From contig JAUZTB010000098.1 of NCBI GenBank assembly GCA_034780895.1, positions 82,647,555-82,711,554 on the forward strand: DNA of 64,000 nt, in the 5' to 3' direction. A program made the translations under genes and the position numbers. The stretch's first letter is position 1. The number at the start of each line of letters is the position of its first letter. Origin of the DNA: Rhynchobatus australiae. Lineage: Eukaryota. The notes under the pieces were generated by a model that was not told the DNA's origin, did not search any database, and saw nothing but the letters and a program-made list of their open reading frames with translations. Below, piece by piece: positions 11,346 through 24,135 of this stretch.

Positions 11346-13494
11346 GACTATATTACTCTTGGAGAAATACAAGTGCCACAATGTGCTGGCTGCCATTGGG
11401 TTAGGCATCTAGCATCCCATCAACACAGAGAAGAACATGGATGCTGGGCCTTTGTAGTAGTGCTACCAGGTTTAATGAGAGCTGTACCCAGCTTCTGTAC
11501 AGGCAGGAGTATGGGCACAAAGAATGAATCAGAATCTCTCTCCATTAATTGTACCAGAACTTTCATGTATACCCACAGCAATATTGCTGTTCCTTTTTAG
11601 ACTTCAGTCACAATATCTGGTGAATAAAAGCCAGCTCGCATTGCCCTCAACTACAGTATGAAAATTAGCTTGCCTGTCTAAAAGGATATACTTTTGATGC
11701 ATTAGGAAATGTTAAAAGCCTAATTTTGAGGCTGGTTAACTCTTTTGATACCTTTATAAAATCATAACTTTGAACACATTTTCTCAGATAACAGGGAGGC
11801 ATCCAAATCCTTGGCAGTCTTCTTGGCCTAATGTTACACCCATACCAAAAATCATAGGTGGAGATTTTTATTGGGTGTAAGAGATCAAGTACCTTGCTTT
11901 GTGGACAAAGGATGTGCAGAAGATTTATCATTCTATTTAGAAATTTGAAGCATTTTTAGGACAGAGAAAGCTAATATCTGCACTTTGCAATAATTGCAGT
12001 ATTTGGTAGGTTGACAGGTTTTTCTGTATTTGCTGCAAGGCTTGTGCTGTACTTCTCAAAAAGGATGGATCTAAAGCAGTCTTTAGAGCTAATGACATAT
12101 ATCTAACCTGTAATGTTTGGCAGTTGAGGCTTTTTAAGAACAAGCCTATTTTCTCTTTGTTATATCAGACACTCTGTTTTCTGCAGCACTGTAGATACTG
12201 GTAAGGAACCAGATAGGTAAATCGGTCCCACAGTAACTGGTGTCAGTCCCTCTCTGAGAGTTTTGATGGTCTTTCAGTTCTTACTGTTGTCATTCATAGA
12301 TGCCTGAAGGTAATCATGTGCAGCTTGGAAGACTCCCACTCACCATGTCCTGTGCATGCCATGTCATAGGGTGATACCAGCCCTTTGGCCCANNNNNNNN
12401 NNNNNNNNNNNNNNNNNNNNNNNNNNNNNNNNNNNNNNNNNNNNNNNNNNNNNNNNNNNNNNNNNNNNNNNNNNNNNNNNNNNNNNNNNNNNAAATCTTC
12501 AGGCTTCATCTATTTGAGGGGTTCACTTACAATGGGCAGAATAAACAAATCAATTATTCTTTATTTCAAGCTTAAGTGTTATGTTTCTTCAAAAAGCCCT
12601 TTGCAGCACTTAAAATGATATTATTAAAAATTAGGAAATTTTAGCTAATACAAAAATATGATTGTACTACAATTGATCATTGTGTTGGACACAACTCATG
12701 ACATGTGGCAAGATAATTTGGTCCTAATCATTGTAACACACCAAGATTACCTCAGTAAGCATGGGAGAATGCTGCCAATTTCTAGCAATTGCCAATACAC
12801 AGAAGCTAGTTGCATCTTCTATTCTACTGGTACAAACCGCTATGTTGATTAATGATTGAATCAAAATGCTTGCTCTCATATCATCAATGTCTTAAAACAG
12901 TGCATCAGTAATTATATCTACTTCAACAAAGTAAATGATGAAGAGGGTAATTTCTGCACCTAGAATTCTAATGTTTAATATGGGCTTTGCAATAGTATTT
13001 CTTATCTGAAAACTAGTCACTGTATGTGGTTGGTAACTCTGCAAGCATAGTACCCTATGGGAAACTAATCATGTAGATTTCCATGAGCTTAAACCCAAGG
13101 GCCATCGGGCAAACAGTCATCATGCTAATTGACGTGCACTGTGTGAATGATTTTGCTGTTAACAATATACTTGTGTTAGCAAGTGCTTGACAGGCACTGT
13201 GTGTCTTGAATGCAAGAGAAGGCTTTAAATGGAGGATGCCCATTCCTCAATACCAATCTGCCACTCAGCTTAAATTTGCACCAGAGTGATGTTGCAAGGT
13301 TTGCTTTTGAGGCATGTACCTTTGGAACACTTGAGCAGTTAGTTAGCAATTAGGTGGAGAAAGCCTTGGATTTACAATTCCAACAATGATTAATGGCGCT
13401 CATGCCAGAATCTCACTATCCTGCAGCCTCATGCAAAACTACTGCAGGATACCTTGGTACTGCCACTTTAATAAATGCTTAATGTGCATAACAG

Positions 13495-13825
13495 AGCTGT
13501 GGTGCAGAGGGTAGTGCTGCTGCCTCACAGCTCCAGTGACCTTGATTCAACCCTGACGTCTAGTGCATGTTTTCACTGTGACCACACCATTATGCTCCAG
13601 GTGCTCCAGCTTCCTCCCATGTCAGAAAGATGTGCTGCTTGATAGATTAATTGGCTACTGTAAATCAACCGAAATACAAACTAGTGGCAGGTGTATGTAA
13701 GTATATCAGGGGGAGTTGATGAGCACGTGAGAAAGAATAGATAATTGTAAGTGGAGATAAGGGACTGATGGGACTGCTCGAAGAGTTGGTGTAGATGCAA
13801 TGGCTGAATGGCCTCCTTCTATGTC
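13495..13825 (+). mobile_element. V-SINE (HE1-like)
   Basis: tRNA-like head ggtgcagagggtagtgctgctgcctcacagctccagtgacc, V-domain, and CR1-like tail tggctgaatggcctccttct. Confidence 0.75.
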
Positions 13826-14429
13826 ATGAGAAAGTTAAAACAAAAACTCTCTGGTGTTTTCCATCCGGAATGAAATCAGAAACAAATGTCAAAGAGACAA
13901 AGGAAATTACCCAAGGAAAATAATCTATCATGTCTGTGCCAACATTTTTTATAAAACAATCCAAAAGCTTAATTTCACTGTTCTGTGCCTTTTCTAGTTT
14001 CAAGCATTCATCTCCATATATACAATTTCCTCTAAATTGCCTGTCAGATTTCTGAGCATTGTCTCGATAAATGTTGGGGGATAAAGTTTCCACTTTGAGT
14101 GCAATTCAGCTTCCAACAAAAGTTGTACCCAAAATTGTGTCCAAAATGAAAATTCACCTCAAATCATGTTTGCATATTGCCAAGAATCTAATTTTTGCTT
14201 CAAAAAAAACCATCCTTTTAAATGTAGTAACATGGTGAAGTTTCGTTAAAGATGTGCTCATCACAAAAAATTAAAAATTAAATCATAGTGTCAATTCATC
14301 ACCTGACAGCATGCTGCTTTTATATTATTGAAAGTATTTTTTTAATAATATACAGCTTACAGCCATTATTCCTACATTGGGATATAGAAGTCAGTTTCAT
14401 GGAAAGCTTTACTAAAATATTCTGATCCT

Positions 14430-14930
14430 CCTGAGAAAGAGGATAATCCATGGGACTAGAAGACAGCAAATATTAACACCCTTATTCAAAATGTGTGCAA
14501 AGACATGCCTGGCATTCACAGGTCAACCTGTTTGACCTCATTGTGGGGAACCTTTTGGAAACATCTATCATAGAAAATATTAATAGGTATTTGGAGAAGT
14601 TCAAGTTGAAGAAGGAAACACAGCATAGACTTACTGAAGGCAAGTTACATATAACTAACCTAATTGAAATTTTTGATGTGGTAACAGAGAAGGATGATAA
14701 AAAGGAATGCAGTAAATGACATTGTGTATTTTCAGAGGTCATTTGATAAAATCCCAGACAGAAAGCTGATTAACAAAACTGAGACTCTTGGAACTGAAAA
14801 ATCATAGCACCACGAATAGGAAATTGGCTTAAAGGGAGGGGGTAGAGAACAGTAATAATCTGTTGTTCTTCAGACTGGAGGATGGTAGGCACTGGTGTCC
14901 CGGGGGGCAATGGTGGGGCCACTGTTATTT
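14430..14930 (+). mobile_element. CR1 RT remnant; its 3' end resumes at ~15960-16220
   Basis: QHRLTEGKLHITNLIEIFDVVT, a DF.KAFDK-like segment (ttttcagaggtcatttgataaa) and a GVP.G..VGPLLF-like end. The 3' piece ends in an (attctatg)-type tail at 16201-16220. Confidence 0.75.
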
Positions 14931-15945
14931 TGCTCTAACAGGGCAGCGAAGAAAGCTGTTCATGTAATGAAGGGAGTTCTGAAGGTTCAAGCTCCAAAGG
15001 GATCTGCATGTTCAACTTAAAATTGACAGATCACACATTTCTTGTTAAAATACAGAACAGCCACTGTATTCAGCAACTGGACTAACATAGTGGAATTATT
15101 ATTCTCAATTGGTTTTAGACCAGATTGTATTTGCTTCGTCTGAATCTGGAACACATTATGCAGAATTGACAGTATAGGTGGATATATGAAGGTGTTGTCA
15201 CAACTAAACCTTAAAGGAAAGGGCAAACAAGTGAGAAGGTATAAAGGGACTGAGGTTGTCAGAGTTTTTGGATCACAGCAACAACCTAACCAGTGTTGTA
15301 AAGTCGACAGAATTGTTCAGACTTGTGATGCAAAGAGATGCATTGTCCAGTTCCAGAATGGACAACGAGAGGTACATGCAGACTGAATGATTTTGGCTCC
15401 AGATAGTCCAGAAATGGAGACTGACTTTTGATACAACTGATGCTGTACCATTTTCTGAAAAAGTCAGAGAACCAGAAGCTGACTTGAGGGAAATGTTGAG
15501 TGTGATCATGACCCAGGTGATACATCACCTAAGCCACAGGAGATTTCTAAAGCTTCTTCAAACCAGTGTCACTCAGAAGATCTCAAAGAGTTGGTAAACC
15601 TGCTGAACCTTTAAGAAAAAGTAGATCATAAGGTATAGGAACAGAATTAGGCCATTCAGCCATCAAGTCTGTTCCACGTATTGTTATGCTTAGAAAAAAG
15701 TAAATTTGAGTTTGTATGCAACTAACTAGGAACATTTTGAAAAACGGGGGAACCTTTTGAAAAATGGGGGAAATGTAGGTGTATATGGGTGTTTCTTCAA
15801 GAGGACTGATCATGTGAAAAGCCACCTTGGTTCCCGAGCAGGCGAAAAGTACACTTTAGAAATTAACCCATGTCTCCTACATGTGCTGTATTTACAATAA
15901 GTAGCGACTATCTAACTTTATCCTGCCTGGCCCTACAGAGCTACA
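14930..15945 (+). mobile_element. Gypsy LTR retrotransposon relic: integrase C-terminus, polypurine tract and putative 3' LTR
   Basis: Decayed frames give SNRAAKKAVHVMKGVLK (SNGxAERxV-like), FLLKYRT (15039), SATGLT..ELLF, TRLYLLRLNL, IVQFQNGQREVHAD and LRRSQRVGKPAEPL (15572-15613). PPT aaaatgggggaaa is followed by TGTAGG (15774)...CCTACA (15937). Confidence 0.75.
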
Positions 15946-17079
15946 GTCTAGTACTGTACAAGAAAAGTGCATACAGGAGGAGGGTGTTCCCATTGGTAGG
16001 TGGTTCAAGGACCAGAAAGAACAACTCTGGAATTCACTGTTTACAAGGGTGGTGGAAGCAGAATCAATCAGTGCCTTCAAAACAGAATTGAATATGTACC
16101 AGAGTGAAAATAAATTTCAGGGCTATGGGAAAAATAGCAGGAGAATGGAACTGGTGGGTAGAGATTCCTTGGTACGATTGGCCTCCTCCTGTGCCGTAAC
16201 AATTCTATGATTCCATGATTTTGCAGTGCACTTTGTTCATAACTAATGACACTAGATCTTGATGTCTCCTGTTTTTACAGAAAAATATAACCTTCCAGGA
16301 TCTCAGCTGGCTCTTTGAATTACCACTGCCATTCAGATAATGTCAACTGGCAGTAATCTCTTTTGAAAGGTTATATTTATTTCACAAAATTGTCATGGGA
16401 TTTTACAGTGTTTCCAGATTAACTTCACTGGCAACTTTAAATAGGGCAAATAAAATAAACAATGGTTGTCTTAAAGGGAAGGTGCAAGGGGAAGCTCTGA
16501 AGAATCAAGGGAGAAAGTCTATTTATGTTCTGGGCGAATCATGTCAAGTCATGTATGATATCCATTATATGCTCAGTTGCATAACGTTTTTAGTTCTTAT
16601 AAGCCATTGCCAAGTTATTTGGAGAGCAAATTGAGTTTTTTGTGAAATAACAGGCCTCTAAGCTTTGGCAAGTTTTAAATTTGATTCATTTGTGTTACGT
16701 TACCCTGGTTACTTTTACGAATTGACCTTTTGCTTGATAAATCTACCGTATCAAGTACAGNNNNNNNNNNNNNNNNNNNNNNNNNNNNNNNNNNNNNNNN
16801 NNNNNNNNNNNNNNNNNNNNNNNNNNNNNNNNNNNNNNNNNNNNNTATGTGTTCAAAACTGTGGAACTTTATTAATATTTTTATTTGTTTGTTCTCACCA
16901 GCTATGAATCTTTCTGTGAAATGGGGGCTCTATCTCTCTTTTGCAGCAATGATAAACTCATTTTCATGAATTTGCAGTCAATCAGCCATCAGTTGCTGTG
17001 AGATCAAGCTAATTTCATCTGTAGCGGGGGTATAAAATATGAAGGCATTTTTTCCTCAAATAAAATGAAATAAAAATTG

Positions 17080-17690
17080 GAATTTATTAAACTAGTGATG
17101 TGGAGAGACTGAAGGAGTAATTGAGGCAACCAGCCTGGATACATATAAGGGAAAGCTGGATAAACATGTAAATCAGGAAAGAGTAATGGATACGTTAATG
17201 GGAATTAGATGAAGAAGGATGTGATGAGGCACCTGCACGGACTTAGTTGGGACGAATGATCTCATTCTTTGCAATAACTGCTGTGTAAAGTTAAGTTTGT
17301 TCCTCTGAGAGCAGAGAAAGTAAAGAGGAGATTTGAAAGAGTTATTCAAAATTATGAAAGGTTTTATGGAATAAATAAGGAGAAGAGTATTTCCACTGGC
17401 GGGAGGGTCAATAATAAGAACGTGTGGATTTAAAGTCATTGCCAACAGAACCAGGAGTTTTTTATGCATCGAGATTGGATGATCTGGCATGCACAGCCAG
17501 AAAGAGTGATGGGAGCAAATTAATACCAGCTTTCAAAAGGGAAATTGATATATGCTTGAAAAATAGAATCTTGCAGAGTTTATGGTGAAAGGGCAAGAGC
17601 ACAGGACTAATGGAATAGCTCTTTAAAAGAGTTGTCACATGTATGAGTGTCTAAATAGTTTCCATCTGTATTATATCATTCTAAAGCAGC
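17080..17690 (+). mobile_element. Two decayed CR1 3' fragments
   Basis: ttgttcctctgagagcagagaaagtaaagaggagatttgaaagagttattcaaaattatgaaaggtttt (LFSLE.RRLRGDL...FKIMKG-like). Confidence 0.7.
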
Positions 17691-19639
17691 AGCACATATA
17701 AGGTGAAGGTTTACTCTACAGTTTAAACAGAAATGTGTTCCCTTTGAACCCGACTTTGCCCTGCCCCAGTGTAAATAGGAGAAATAATTTCCACCTTACA
17801 AGCCCTCACACCCATCCCTAACAACAGAAGAATACCAGGTGTTTATCTTACATTATAAGTCAGTCTTTTCCTTCTGTTATACCATTCATTTGCCAGATGG
17901 CTGCCTTATCATTAAATGTTAATAATGGATGTTTATAAGCAGTTGGCTAGAGGTCCAGCCATTGATGCTTTGATGAACTACCTGGCTGAGTACTTAGTCC
18001 CACTGCAACGCATGGCATATGATTTCAACTTGCAGCTGCCGATTGAAAGCTGTGCCAAAAGTTTGACCGTCAGACATTCCTCTGCCACATTTTAGGGTTT
18101 GATTTTGCATTATCATTTACATGGCATGAATGTTACTTGCCACATCACCTTGAGCCTGGATGACATCCTCGTTTTGCTACACAGAGGCACGTATTGCTTA
18201 TCTCAGTTGTGAATGGAACTGAACAACCTGCAGTCATTACTGAAAATCTTTACTTCTGGCTTAATGATGGAGGAAAAGTGATTGATGAAGCAGTTGAAAG
18301 TTGCTGTGCCTTGGAAATGATCCTGATGCACCATGGCTGGAATATTTACCATCCAAATGTTCTGATGCTATTTCTAAAATGGCCACAGCCTTCACGACCC
18401 CATGCCTGCTTTCATTGAGAGAAGTGCAATGTTTGCATGTTGTTTGTGATTTTGTGATTCTACTTTGTTAATTTTTTCTTTGCCGTTTGGCCTTNNNNNN
18501 NNNNNNNNNNNNNNNNNNNNNNNNNNNNNNNNNNNNNNNNNNNNNNNNNNNNNNNNNNNNNNNNNNNNNNNNNNNNNNNNNNNNNNNNNNNNNNCGTTTG
18601 GCCTTTGGATCCATTTTTAAATTGGATTTTTCTGTGATCGTTGCCCATAATCTAATATCTCTTTTCACAATTCCAAGTACAAGTCTCCTGCTAGGTTCAC
18701 TGACTTTGGAGGCCAGATGTGAGAGATCCATTTCCATTTTAGAGTGTTCTCATTGTTGTTACTAAGGATCTTAGTCGATGTGGAATGAAGAGCTGATCTA
18801 AAATCAGATGTGAGTAGTGATCTCCTTCCAAACTCATCTACAACGTATGCCAGACACATGAAGCAGTGATGCCTAAAGCTAGCTCCATAGGCCACGTCAG
18901 TCTGGATTCCATGATTCAGCACCTGAATGAACACAGATCTGGCAATCTGTTCATAGTATGAAAAATATGTGGGCTGTACCTTAAGTGAAATGATGTTCTG
19001 AGACACTTCATAGTAGTATTATTAAGTAAAAATTTGACCCAAGCAGCATGGGACATTAAGACAGTTAACAATCATCTGAGCATTACAGTGGAGAGATTTG
19101 GGGAGGAAATTTTGTTTAGGATGTTGGTATCAGAAGGCAGTGATGTAACAATAACAGTCAGGAATGTGCCAGAAACTGGAATTAGAAGGATGTAAAGATC
19201 TTGTTGGATTGAAAGGCAGGAGGAGATTGCAATGACCACTGAGGAATTTGAAGCACGACTTGTCATTTTTGAAGTGTAGGATGCTGTGTAATGCTACAAA
19301 AAAAGACAGGCAGTCAACTCAAAGATATATTTCTTTGTCATTGAGAGAAAACTTCAAACAGAACCTGCATGGCAGCATAGTATTTGTTCTGCTAATCAAG
19401 TTGCATGGGAGCCTCTGTGCAACTTACGGTGGTGAGTGTGTGAGTAAAGAATTTCTTTAAAAAAGATGCAATCCATGAATTTTGAGGCCATATCCATGAA
19501 GCAACATTAATTCACTCTTTCTACACTAGGGAAGCAGAAAACCATTTGAAATAAAAACAGAAAATGTTGGGAGTGCTCATGAGGTCAGGCACCATTTGTC
19601 GAGAGAGAAGTGGAGTTTGCTTTGGTTCTCAGTGCATTC

Positions 19640-21500
19640 AATGTGCACAGTTCATTAATATTTTGTAATCTGGGTGTCACTGGCATTCCCATCCCTAATA
19701 ACCATTGAAACACTGGTGATGAACTGCCACTTTGATCCACTGCTATGTTTTTGGTGAAGGTACTTTCAGAGTGTGGCTGGGGAGGGAGTTCCAAGATTTA
19801 GATCCAGTAGCAATGAAACGACAGTGATATATTTCCATGTCATGATAATGTGTGGCTTGAAGAGAAACCTGTAGTTGTTGGTGTTCCATTAGAAGGAACT
19901 GATGGCATTGTGGCATGTTTGCAGATGACACTAAGATAGATGGAGGAACAGGTGGTGTTGCAGAGGCAGGGAATTTGTAGAAGGACTTGGACAGGTTGGG
20001 AGAATAGGTGAAGTGGCAGATGGAATACAGCGTAAGGGAGTGTGGGGTTATGCAGTTTGATAGAAAGAATAAGGCTGTAAACTATTTTCTAAATGGGGAG
20101 AAAATTCAGAAATCAGAGGGACTTGGGAGTCCAAGTTCAGGATTCCCTTAAAATTAAGATAAGGTAGTTAAGAAGGCAAATGCAATGTTAGCATTGATTT
20201 CTAGAGGACTAGAACATAACAGCAAAGATGTAATGCTGAGGTTTTATAAAGCATTGGTCAGACCACATTTGGAATATTGTCAGCAATTTTGCACCCCATA
20301 TCTAAGGAAAGATGTGCTGGTCCTGGAGAAGGTCCAGAGAAGGTTGACAAGAATTATCCCAGGAATGAAATGCTTAACATATGAAGAGCATTTNNNNNNN
20401 NNNNNNNNNNNNNNNNNNNNNNNNNNNNNNNNNNNNNNNNNNNNNNNNNNNNNNNNNNNNNNNNNNNNNNNNNNNNNNNNNNNNNNNNNNNNNATCCTCA
20501 GAATACAGGGAAGTCCCTTTAAAACTGAGATGAGGTGGAATTTTTTTAGCCAGAGGTTAATGAATCTGTGGAATTCATTGTCACAGAGGGCTGTGGAGGA
20601 CAAGTCATTGGGTGTATTTAAGGCAGAGATTGGTAGGTTCTTGATTGGTAAGGGGGTTAAGAGTTATGGGGAGAAGGCAGGAGAATGGGGTTGGAGGAAA
20701 GAACTCGGCCACACTTGACGGTGGAGCAGACTCAATGGGCCGAATGGCCAAATCTGCTCTTGTGTCTTATGGTCCTATGCACCTGAAAATTTTGATTTTC
20801 TTGGTGGTAGAGGTTGCAGATTTGAGAGATGCCACCTGTGAAGCCCAGATGGAGTAAAAACAGTGTGTTTTATAGATGGTACATTCTGAGCCATGTTGTA
20901 CTTTTGATGAAGGGAATGCATACTTTAGCTTGTGGATGAGGTACCAATCTGCTTTGTCTTGGGTAGTTCTGAGATCCTTGAAAGTTGGAGCTGCACTCAT
21001 CCAGGCATATGTGGCAAATGTTAGGAGGCACTGTTCAATATGGAGTATCACTGATCCATCAGCTGCAGGAGGATGGTCAGTGGTAATAAAGAGGTAGTTA
21101 CTTTGCATAAAAGGTCAATGTTGAGGACTCCAGGGCTATGCAACCGTGCTGTCTCCTCTGCAGACACAAGCACTGTGATGATGGAGTCTGTTGCATTATC
21201 TTTTAGGTATGACTGTCAGTCTGTTCTTTGGACTGCTCTCCTCGATGTTTGAGGAATGGTTTGCATTGTTAGCTGGGATGGGAGTGACTTTGCTGCATTT
21301 GAATTCAGTTCCTAGATCAATACTGAGTGGTCCTCGGTTTTGCTGTTTCTCTGTTTCAATGTGGCAGAGTATTGATTAGTGACTCACTTGACTCGTATGA
21401 CTCACAGGCCATATCAGAGGGTACTTGAGTCAACCATATCGGTGAGTTTGGGGTCACATATCAGCTGTGTAAGTATGGCATGTTTCCTATCCTGAAGGGC
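19640..21500 (-). mobile_element. Family B LINE interrupted by a CR1 insertion (19890-20778)
   Basis: ..ggtgttcc (19887) continues as atgcacctg..cttggtggtagagg (20778). Reverse ORF YAWMSAAPTFKDLRTTQDKA. Confidence 0.65.
19890..20778 (+). mobile_element. CR1 LINE, 3' ~0.9 kb
   Basis: FADDTKI motif (tttgcagatgacactaagata), MLRFYKALVRPHLEYCQQF.PYLRKDV..LEKVQRR, and tail tcttatggtcctatg. Confidence 0.9.
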
Positions 21501-21504
21501 ATTA

Positions 21505-22173
21505 GAACATAGAACAGTACAGCNNNNNNNNNGGCCCTTTGGCCCTTGATGTTGTGCCAAACTAATTAAGTGAATGATGGCTAATCACACCAATCCCTTC
21601 TGCCTGCACATGGTTCATATCCTTCCATTCCCTGCATATTCTTGTGCCTATCCAAGAGCTGCTTAAGTGTCTCTATCACATCTGCCTCCAAGACCACCCT
21701 GGCAGTGCATTCCTGACACCCACCACTCTCTGTGTAAAAAAAACTTGCCCTACACATCTCCTTTGAAATTTCCCCCTCTTACCTTAAATGCATGCCCTCT
21801 AGTATTGGACATTTCAACCATGGGAAAAAAGACACTGGCTATCTACTCTATCAATGATTTTATGAACTTCATGATTTGATAAACTTCTATCAGGTCTCCA
21901 CTCAGCCTCCATTGCTCCAGAGAAAACAGCTTAGTTTGTCCAAACTCTCCTCAGAGCACCAGGCCTCTAATTGAGGCAGCATCCTGGTAAACCTCTTCTG
22001 CACCCTTTCCAAAGCCTCCTCATCCTTCCTATAATGGGCAACCAGAATTGAAACCAGTACTCTAGATGCAGCCTAACCAGAGTTTTATAAAGTTGCAAAT
22101 AACTTCCTGGTTATTGAACTCAATGCCTTAACTAATAAAGGCAAGCCTGCCATGTGCCTTCTTTACCACCCTA
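21505..22173 (-). mobile_element. CR1 LINE 3' fragment
   Basis: Starts with a reversed (tagaaca)n tail; colinear with 22274-22860. Confidence 0.85.
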
Positions 22174-22273
22174 NNNNNNNNNNNNNNNNNNNNNNNNNNN
22201 NNNNNNNNNNNNNNNNNNNNNNNNNNNNNNNNNNNNNNNNNNNNNNNNNNNNNNNNNNNNNNNNNNNNNNNNN

Positions 22274-22860
22274 CCCTCCATTCTCTGCACATTCATGTGC
22301 CTATCTAAGAGCCTCTTAAGTGCCTCTATTGTATTTGCCTCCACCACCACCCCTGGCAGCACGTTCCAGGCACCCACCGCTCTGTAAAATAAAACTTGCC
22401 CCACACATCTCCTTTGAACTTAACCCCTCTCACTTTAAACGCAAGCCGTCTAGTGTTAGACATTTTGACCTTGTGGGGGAAAGATACTGGCTCTCTATCT
22501 GTGCCTCTCATAATCTTATAAAATTCTATCAGGTCTCCCCTCACCCTCCTTCGCTCCAGAGAGAACAACCCAAGTTTGTCCAACCTCCCTCATAGCACAT
22601 GCCCTCTAATCCAGGCAGCATGCTGGTGAACCTCTTCTGCACCCTCTCCGAAGCCTCCACGTCCTTCCTATAATGGGTTGACCAGAATGGAATGCGGTTC
22701 TCCAGATGTGGCCTAACTAAAGTTTTATAAAGATGCAACATAACTTCCTGACTCTTGAACTCATTGCCTTGACTAATAAAGGAAAGCATGCCATAAGCCT
22801 TCTTTACCACCTTATCAACTTGTGCAGCTACTTTCAGAGAGCTATGGATTTGGGCCCCAA
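22274..22860 (-). mobile_element. CR1 LINE 3' fragment
   Basis: QVDKVVKKAYGMLSFI..LYKTLVRPHLE; LGLFSLERRRVRGDLIEFYKIMRG. Confidence 0.9.
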
Positions 22861-23709
22861 GTGGCATACCAGATGGGTTGCTTTTGTAGATATCATTTAT
22901 TTTGAAACTTCCTAATTTTGAACTCCAGTCTCTATTATTAGCCTGAGCCTCTGGATAAGTTGTCTGGTAATTGAATTGTTCTCCCATCACCAAACCCCAT
23001 ACTCTGTAGTATTGTAAGACCCTAGCCATTTCCTAGCAATGTTCACTAATGTTCAAAGCAGGGTGCTGGAGGCTTATGGACCAAATAGAACTCCAGCTAG
23101 AAGCAAGAAGGCAGACTCACTTGTGGTCCTTTAACATAAATCTTGGTAAGTGCTTCTAAGTGGAGACAGCAATAACAAAGGTGAATGCCTCAACCAACTC
23201 CCAAACCCATACATCTTAATACATTAAAGCACAAAATCATACAGGCAGCTTTAAAATTATCCTGCTATGTCTTTCCTGATCTTGCTTGATGTTGCATGGA
23301 TGAGGCATATTCAACCTCCTGGACTTAAAACTGCTCATCTCAACAAATAGGAAAATGCATTAAACTATTGTTCACCCTCTAATTTTTTTTGCTATCATCT
23401 TATCCAAATGCATATCTTATTGCACTTATTTGGTTGGATATTGTGGTGTACTTGTCATCAGACTGACCACAGATAAATTATTTCTTCTTTGTGTAGATTC
23501 AATCATTGAGACTGTTAATGCAGTGGAAGCAGGGTTATAATATTCAGTTCTCCCTAGAAGAGCTAGTTTGTGTGGTATTAGCTTCAGGTTAAAATACTTG
23601 TACGCTATTAGGGGGAGCGGAAAACTCTGCCAAATCTGAATTTCAAGGAATGTTGTGTTGTATGCTGATGAAAATACTGTAAATATATGAAATTGTGACA
23701 ATTAGTAGG

Positions 23710-24135
23710 ATTGATTCATTCCATTAATTTTGTCTCCCTTTCAGTGGGGAAACATCAAGTGAGAGACTGAGGTTCTCAAATTATGGGACCTGTGCCTACT
23801 TGGCAGAAAATGTATAAACTATTGACATTGACAGATTTTGAGACAAGGTAATGCAGGATATGTGATCAAGGTGGTGAATAGAGTCATGATCGAATTGAAT
23901 GGCAATTCATATGGAAGAGTTTAAATGGCCTCGACCTGTTCCTAATGTACCATAGAACAATACAGCACAATACAGACCCTTTGACCCACCATGTTGTGCC
24001 GCCCATCAAACCACACAACACTATCTAACCCTTTCCTCCCGCATATCCCTCTATCTCACATTCCTCCATATGCCTATCCAACAATCTCTCGAACCTGTCC
24101 AACGTATCTGCCTCCACCACCACCCCAGGCAGCNN
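23710..24135. mobile_element. Two CR1 tail fragments in opposite orientation (+ 23710-23950, - 23950-24135)
   Basis: aatggcctcgacctgttcctaatgt tail abutting catagaacaatacagcaca..ttgacccaccatgttgtgcc. Confidence 0.6.

Noticed and set aside
14936-14952. ctaaca|gggcagcga as an LTR end plus primer-binding site
   Set aside because: Better explained as integrase coding sequence (SNRAAKKAV, SNGxAERxV-like); no 5' LTR upstream.
16300-16311. atctcagctggc, a 12-nt similarity to miR-216a
   Set aside because: The 5' seed end and 3' half differ, and the stretch is unpaired in the local hairpin.
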